64,000 nt of DNA from Anthoceros angustus (lineage: Eukaryota; Plantae; Anthocerotophyta): assembly GCA_010909165.1 (NCBI GenBank), contig VJWM01000282.1:72001-136000 (forward strand), written 5' to 3'. This document shows, piece by piece, positions 57,697-64,000 of this stretch (positions within the stretch are counted from its first letter, which is position 1; the number at the start of each line of letters is the position of its first letter). Under the pieces are notes generated by a model. That model had not been told where the DNA came from. It made no database searches and saw only the letters and a list, made by a program, of their open reading frames with translations. A program made the position numbers and the translations under genes.

Positions 57697-60600
57697 GAAT
57701 CTCATCCTCATCCTCCTCCTATTCTAACCTCGCCTGGCCATCGCCACTTACACAACCGCCTCCGCCTCCACCAAAGTTCTTCCTTGGGCTACTATGAGTT
57801 TGACACTGCGAGAACCTCCAGTGGAGTCTTTCCCCGTAGTCTACCCTCAAGCCGAGAGTTCTCGGCATTGCCACACACCCAAAGCAAAGCAATTTCACAA
57901 AGAACCATTCACAAGGGAGCAACTGCTTAGGCACTTGCAAGGAGCAAGTCCTCCACCAAGCACTCCGACCATGACTTCTACTCAGACGCGTTGGCTCACA
58001 CGCAAAATTCCTCTCAGAATGGCAAAGGACTATGAGGGAAGCGCAAGACATGATACTTTACTTTGTGAAATCCTCCTCCTCTTATAGGAGGCCTTCCACA
58101 TACAACCTCCCTTGGGTGACCCTACCGCAGTCACCTTTTCCAATTTTCTATTATTTCCTACCGCCAAGATTTAATGTCCGCACCTAAGTCTATTGTCCGA
58201 TCCTTGGTAAATTCTATTCTAGTAACTTCACCTAAGACCATCCTTGAAGGATGTCGTTACACCACCTATTCTTCTATCTAGCATTTATGGTCATTGACCA
58301 TTCTTAGCCTTCACCGGGTTAGGGACGTCCTGGGTGGATTGGCCTCGCCTCCTTTTGCTCTTGCCCTTCCCCTTTGTCATCTTCCTAATGTGGGGCAAGT
58401 ACAATCTGCCCTTCCTCCATCTCCGCGGGCGCCTGATTCCTTCCCTCGATCCTCCGCACCTAGCGCCTTTTCTCCCCTCCGTCGCGCTCGCTCCAAGATA
58501 CCATGTAGTCCGGCAGACCATCGGTAGGCCGACTACCTACCATGGTAGTCTCGCCCTATCTCCTTCTCCTTCCTCTCCACCTGATGTCTCGGGTGAGTTC
58601 CTTTTGCTCCTTCCTTGTCGCTTGGTTTGTCCATACCTCAGCATGTCTTCAAAGAATCTTCCCCATTCGACCATTGCTACTAACTTGGGCCTTCTTGCTG
58701 GTCTCCTCTCCGGCCTGGCTCCTCCTCTGCTAGGGAACTTCTCTCCTTCTCGTAGTGTCCTCCTCCCGTCCTCGGTCTCTGTTCTCTCGTCCTGGTCACC
58801 GTCCCTCCTATCCACCCGCTCCTCTCATCCTCCCCGCTCCACCTCCGCCTCCTCCCATCACCGGCCAGCCTGCACGACTGCCCACACTCCGAGGTGACCA
58901 CACGAGGGCGGCCAGGTCCCCCACGTGGGGTGGGTCGGTCCCCCCACCTGTGAGGTGGGCTTTCCTCCCGCCTCCGCCACCTTCTACCTTTGGCGCCACG
59001 GCCGCCCTTCGCCTCCTCGACTCCTCATTCCTGAGTCCATTTCACCGATGGCCTCATCAAAATCGGAGGCCTCCGCACTGCTGCAGCCTCCTTCTCCATC
59101 ATCATGAGGACCCAATGTCCTCCTCTTGGCCAAACGCAAGATCTCATTGTTGGCCTTCAAAATTCTATTGTGGAGGTGGGCCCCAAGCTATGATATTGCA
59201 TTTGGAGATCATCAACTCCACTCTCCATCTTCACACCTACCTTTGTAGGCGTCCCTTGAGGTGGTCAATTCCCCACCTTGACATGGAGGGTCACATTCTC
59301 CTCCTTGCTTCCTTCAAATTGGCCAATTTTGCTCAAGGGCATAATCCGCAAAACCTTCGCTTCCTTACTAAGATTCTATGTACCACTTTCTTGTGGTACT
59401 CCTCCCTGGACCTTTTTCCTTCCAAGTCCTCTATTCGCTTGAGCAAGCCCTTCCTCTCCGCTTGCCAAGCATCTTTCTCTCCGCCTCAGCCGGGTTTTGA
59501 ATTTCCAGCTGAGCTTCTCTTCCAAACTAAACCGGCTCTTCTCAACTCTTCCTTCATGTCCCGGATCCGGATGGCTTTAGCCATCACTGCTCTTGCGTCC
59601 ATTTGCTGGACCGCTACCTTCTCCTTCCGAGAGCCTCTTGCCCTTTCGCTCTTGCTCTAATTGGGGCAAAATGCTCCTCCGCCTGCCTCCATGAGTCTCG
59701 CTGGGTGGTTGCTCGGATGGCTCTTTCTTGCTTGAGCCAACCTCCCTCCAAGACCTTCTCCGCTACCGATCCATAAGGTCGCTGGAGCTTCCATGCCTTT
59801 CCAGCTTGGCTGCCTTTCATCGGACTCCATGGCCTCCAATTGCCATTTGGTCCCCGCCTTCCTCCGGCCATGTCTTGAGATTTCACTTCCTGGCATGCCC
59901 ACAAGGAAGGCGCTAGCTCCTAGCCTTCAAATCCACACGAAAGTGCTTCACAAGCACCCAAAGAATTCTCCTAGGGGTCCCACCCCTTCTTCTTCTTGCT
60001 GGAAATCTCCTCCCACCTCACATGGCCACGCTGGTCCCTTCACGTCGCTCCATCCGCCTCCCACCCGGGAGATGGTTTGGCGCCCGCGCACGCTTCTTTC
60101 CTTCCCCGCCCCAGAGGTCGCTGCCACCGGCGAGGGTGCCCGCTACCGGTAGGTCGCTCCCACTGTAGTCCGCCTACCTACCATGGTAGGCCGATCGCCT
60201 ACCACGGCTGCCCACCCTTGGGTAGACCGCCTCACCGGGTAGTCTGGGTGCCTCTGTAGGCACAAAGGAGATGGTGGGGACTCCCCACCCTTGGGGTCAC
60301 CCCTCCCGTGGTCCTTCTCTCATAGACCACCATCCGGCCTTCTCGGCCTTGCTCTTCTCCTTGCTTGCCCTGGGGAAAGGATTCACCCGCAACTCCGCCA
60401 ACCTTCTCCTCTTGCCTCTAGCATTTTGTTGTGAGGTCCGACCTCCCACCGCCTTCGCAATGCAAAGGCAAAGGCCTTTCCAACCGGCCGGAGATGGATG
60501 ATCTCAAAGAAGGATGCCATGCATCTTCAAGCTCCTTGCTTGTGAGAAGCCCTCCGCTTTCCCATAAATGCACCAAATAGGTGCTAAGGTAGCAGTGGCC

Positions 60601-62115
60601 TCGGTCCTTCCTCATCCACCGAATTTGGCTTGAGGAGCTTCTCTGGTGGATGTACGCTTCATACATGATAGTCCCCAATCCGCTTGGCTCCCATGGAAAT
60701 CTTCCACAAAATTGGAGGAAGTTTGAATAAGAAGTGCGTTGGTAATTTACCAACCCCAAAGACAATCTTTGCGAAGAGCCTCCACTTCAGCTCCTTGATG
60801 CTCTCGCTTCCACCATTCTTGGCGTGGGCCTTCACCTCCATCCATCATGTCAAGGAACTGAATATCGAGAGGGCGTCCTCTTCCTCCATTTGACCTTTCG
60901 AGGAGAGCACCCGAGCTTTCTCCCGCCTTCCATACACTAATACTTACTCCAACAATGGGATCTCGAGCATTCCTTTCCAAGGCGGCAAGCCCGATTGATG
61001 GAGGTTGATGTAACACCTCAATCAAATTGGTGTAGGCCCATTGGCCATACACCCATCCCAATTGGATATTTCTCCTCCGCCCGCCGAAATCCACTAAATC
61101 TCGGGGTTGAGCCCGCAAAACAAGTGAATTGGGGCATCAAGCATTTCTCTCACTCCTGGCCGCTTTCTTTCCTTTCCTCCTCGCGAGGAAGAGCCCTTGC
61201 GCGGCTCCTTCCCTTGCCTTCCCCGAGGCATGGCACCTTCCTTACTCCAAAGGAAGGAATTACTTCCAATTGCGAGCTCCAAGCTTCACTCCCAAACACT
61301 CCTTCCTTGTCAGGGAGCAACACCCAACCCGAGGCACAAGTACGCTAGCTCGGCCAACCTCCGTCACGCCAATTTCTTCGCGATTTCTCTCCTGTGGCGG
61401 CAGTGGATCCTCCTTCTCCTTCACTTCTCACGCCTTGCTCCTGCCGCCCTCCAACCGCCGCTGCCTCCATGCTTTTCCCGCGCCGAGCACAGAAGACTTC
61501 TGCCTCTCCGCCCGCTCCACGCCTTCTCCTTCTCCTTCTTCCGCTGCCGCCTTCCTCGGGCGATGGCGGCGACGGGTGATGGCACCTCCTTCCTTCTCCT
61601 CTTACGCCCACCCGCCTCCAAGTGAAGTCTCGCCTCGGGAAGTTGCCCAAGCACTTTGCTCTTTGGATGCCACCAGGCCCACAACCCTAGATTGTTCATC
61701 ATTCCAAAATCCTAATCTCTAAATACCTATTTTCCTATCCGCTATTAAATTAATTACTCTAATATATTTATCCTATCGATGAGCATATATAGTGGATATC
61801 CCCTTATTCTAATTGCTTTTAGCCGAGATTCGGCCACCACTGTAGTCCGCCACCATCGACCGCTTCCTTCTCACATGGCGTGTGGCACTACGGCGTAGTC
61901 CGCACCACCAACCTTTGACGCCCCGCCTCGTCTGGGTCGTTTCAATTCGCTTTTCCCCCGGGATATCCTCTTCGTCTTCCTAACAATATCCTACAACTCA
62001 GCTAAGATTTCAAAATTTTCCTCGCATGTCCTCTTCAATCGCTTTAGCCAAAAAAATCAAACTTGTTCATCTTCGGGCTCTTTTGGGCTGGTTGCCCAAA
62101 CTTTTACGTTCCACA
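57697..62115. mobile_element. Element A copy 5 (missing the first ~430 bp, intact right end)
   Basis: Colinear with 10665-15020 and ends TTTTACGTTCCACA. Internal ORF runs from 61231 to ~59057 on the minus strand. Confidence 0.85.
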
Positions 62116-62899
62116 GTTGTAGAGTGTTTTCCCAAGGGACTGAGGGTTGACCATATGTTGGGAAGAAGGAATTTTGCGCCGTCTAAGTTGTCATAGGGGT
62201 GACTAGTTGAGACACCAAAGGGGGTGTGATTTGCTTCCTTCTTAACAACTGTGGGTTGGGAGTCATGAGAATGATTGTAGATCTCTGTAGGGGCGGTCTG
62301 GAGACGCAAGAGGAAGGTCGCCCCGTCATATCACGGGATTTCTGAGCTTCTGAATCGATGGGGGTTGAGTTGTCATTGCCGCTACCCGAGGGCAGCAGGA
62401 GGAAGACGCGCGGCGGGCAATCGAAGAGGAGGCCGGCTGGACGCCGAGGCGAGACCGGCAGACGGAATCAAGAGAGGAGGAGAACCACTGGCCGAGTGGA
62501 AGGAGGTTGTGGAGGAAGTGTTGATGTCGAGGAACGAAGAGGAGACATCCTCTCCGAGCCGACCCACGACTTCGCACCGAGTTCCACGACGCTGGACTTG
62601 AGGCGGCGATTCCACATCCCTCAACAAATCGGCCGACGACGTCAATAGTGGGAATTTCGTGCCCGGTCGGAGGACTTGGCGAACGCCCGATCGAACTGCA
62701 TCACCGATCTGCTGGGACGAACCACAAGGGGGTCGCTACTCCTCCGTTGGTCAAGATTTCAAAGACCCAAAGATCTCACATGCTTTCACCGAGGAAGAAG
62801 AAGCAAGAAGGTGACGATCGGGCGAGCAACATGAGTGGAGTCGGTGGAGGAGGAGGCCGCCACAGCCCACCGCCAAAGAATATGTCAAATTCAAGAGAA

Positions 62900-64000
62900 G
62901 AAGAAGGGAGATGACGCGAGGCGCGAAGAACTTTCGCCTCCCACGCTAATTTGGAGGATGGAGTCGCCGATCGATCGCGATCTTTCCGGATCCGAGAGGC
63001 ATGCACACAAAGGGTGGTATCGACCTATAATTCGGCGCCCACGATTGGGAAGCTCTCAAAGCGCCTTTCTTGAATCGGTTCGAGGGGCTCCTATGCACAC
63101 CACACTTTGGCAAAGCCGAGGACCCTTCAGGAAGAAGCGAGAATCTTGTTCGATTATGTGGAGAGGTTTTACGGTATCCGATCGAGTTCAAATGTGCACC
63201 CGAGAGGCCGGGGATCCACCACTGGTACTCACAAGAGCAAGCTGGATTGGTTTGTGAGTGGCTTGTCTCGAAAAATGGAGGTACACCGCAGACGTGGACG
63301 AAGACGCTAAGGAGCCTCCGCTTGCCGAGGAATGGGAGTCCGCCGAGTTGGGGAGGAGGAGAAAGAAGAGGCGAAGTCATAAGAAGAGGAAAGGATCGAG
63401 AGATCTAGCTCCTCGCCTTCCTCCGCCTCCTCCAGTCGCCTCGCCCTCATCGAAAGTGAGGACACGAACTCAAGAAAGCTCCACATCGGATGAAGAATCG
63501 AGAAGGCCTAACGAACGAATGAAGAAGGACTCGGAGAAGGTCAAAAGACGACAGAAGAGGCGGAACGCGATTGGAGAAGGAGAGGAAGGGAAGACGGTCC
63601 GTCGGATGGAGAAGGGAGAAACGTCTGCAGCAGGAGGAATTGGGGACAAGTGGAGGCTTTGACCAAGATTGACCGAGTTAGAGGTCAAAGCGTGAAGAAT
63701 CAAGCTCCACGAAGATCTCCTCACCGCAAGGCGTGGTGTATTGCTCAATTTGTCAAACGGACACACCAACCGTGAATGTATTCGCACCACGACATGCGTA
63801 AATAAAATGAAGGTTCCCAAAGGTACTGCCGACTCTATAACCAACACAATATAAGAGCAACTCATCCCGGCACTTGGGTTCCACGGTGATACGATGCTTC
63901 ACGAGCATCCTTGAATGTACGAACCAACCTCTCTGCCCGGACCATGAGCTTGAGGATGATCCGAGATGTCTTCACTGTGGTCAATCAAACTTCATCCGAC
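62900..64000 (+). pseudogene. Possible Ty3/gypsy gag remnant
   Basis: FGKAEDP / EEARILFDYVERFYG / CEWL...PQTW, a basic RS-rich linker, then RKAWCIAQF...SLNVRT...SLRMIRD loosely resemble the retrotransposon gag core. Weak and frameshifted. Confidence 0.35.

Noticed and set aside
58755-59660. 301-aa plus-strand ORF and similar Pro/Ser/Leu-rich ORFs in element A copies
   Set aside because: Antisense shadows of the Glu/Lys/Arg-rich element A ORF, not conserved in frame between copies.
62116-62140. PBS or PPT next to the intact end of element A copy 5
   Set aside because: GTTGTAGAGTG is neither TGG-starting nor purine-rich on the opposite strand; it fits an eroded TSD better.

Overview
This window is a nest of plant (streptophyte-type) transposable elements. 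I can support no host gene, rRNA, tRNA or CRISPR. Almost every TE reading frame is broken by small indels, so either the elements are decayed or the consensus is noisy. Reconstructed layout: (1) 1-4.0 kb holds two minus-strand Ty1/copia remnants and a ~58-bp tandem array. (2) 4.1-5.6 kb holds a DDE transposase remnant (QLDN-x2-RENKN...GHTHD-x-IDQ type) bracketed by a 59-bp perfect direct repeat. (3) 5.7-9.5 kb is element B, a 169-bp LTR plus tRNA-iMet PBS followed by a coiled-coil ORF instead of gag. (4) A minus-strand host copia (Copia-1: gag 50.3-49.5 kb, PR/INT 25.5-23.4 kb, RT 18.5-17.7 kb) is split by three insertions: element B; a 4.8-5.0 kb TG...CA unit (element A) with a 5-bp TSD and its own ~700-codon ORF; and a 24,028-bp CACTA-superfamily transposon (25510-49537) with CCCTA termini and a TGA TSD. 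(5) An 8.2-kb tandem duplication spans ~8828-17047 / 17048-25334. (6) Inside the CACTA element are a partly duplicated transposase, a gypsy RH-INT fragment, a recombinant solo LTR, a full-length copia (Copia-2, 32996-39752) and a 1.3-kb palindromic hairpin array. (7) 50.8-62.1 kb is a forward/inverted/forward cluster of three more element-A copies, followed by a possible gypsy gag remnant. The best novelty candidates are the gene-carrying giant LTR-like element A, the CCCTA-ended giant CACTA, and the gag-less element B. Protein family assignments come from motif recognition by eye, not from database searches.
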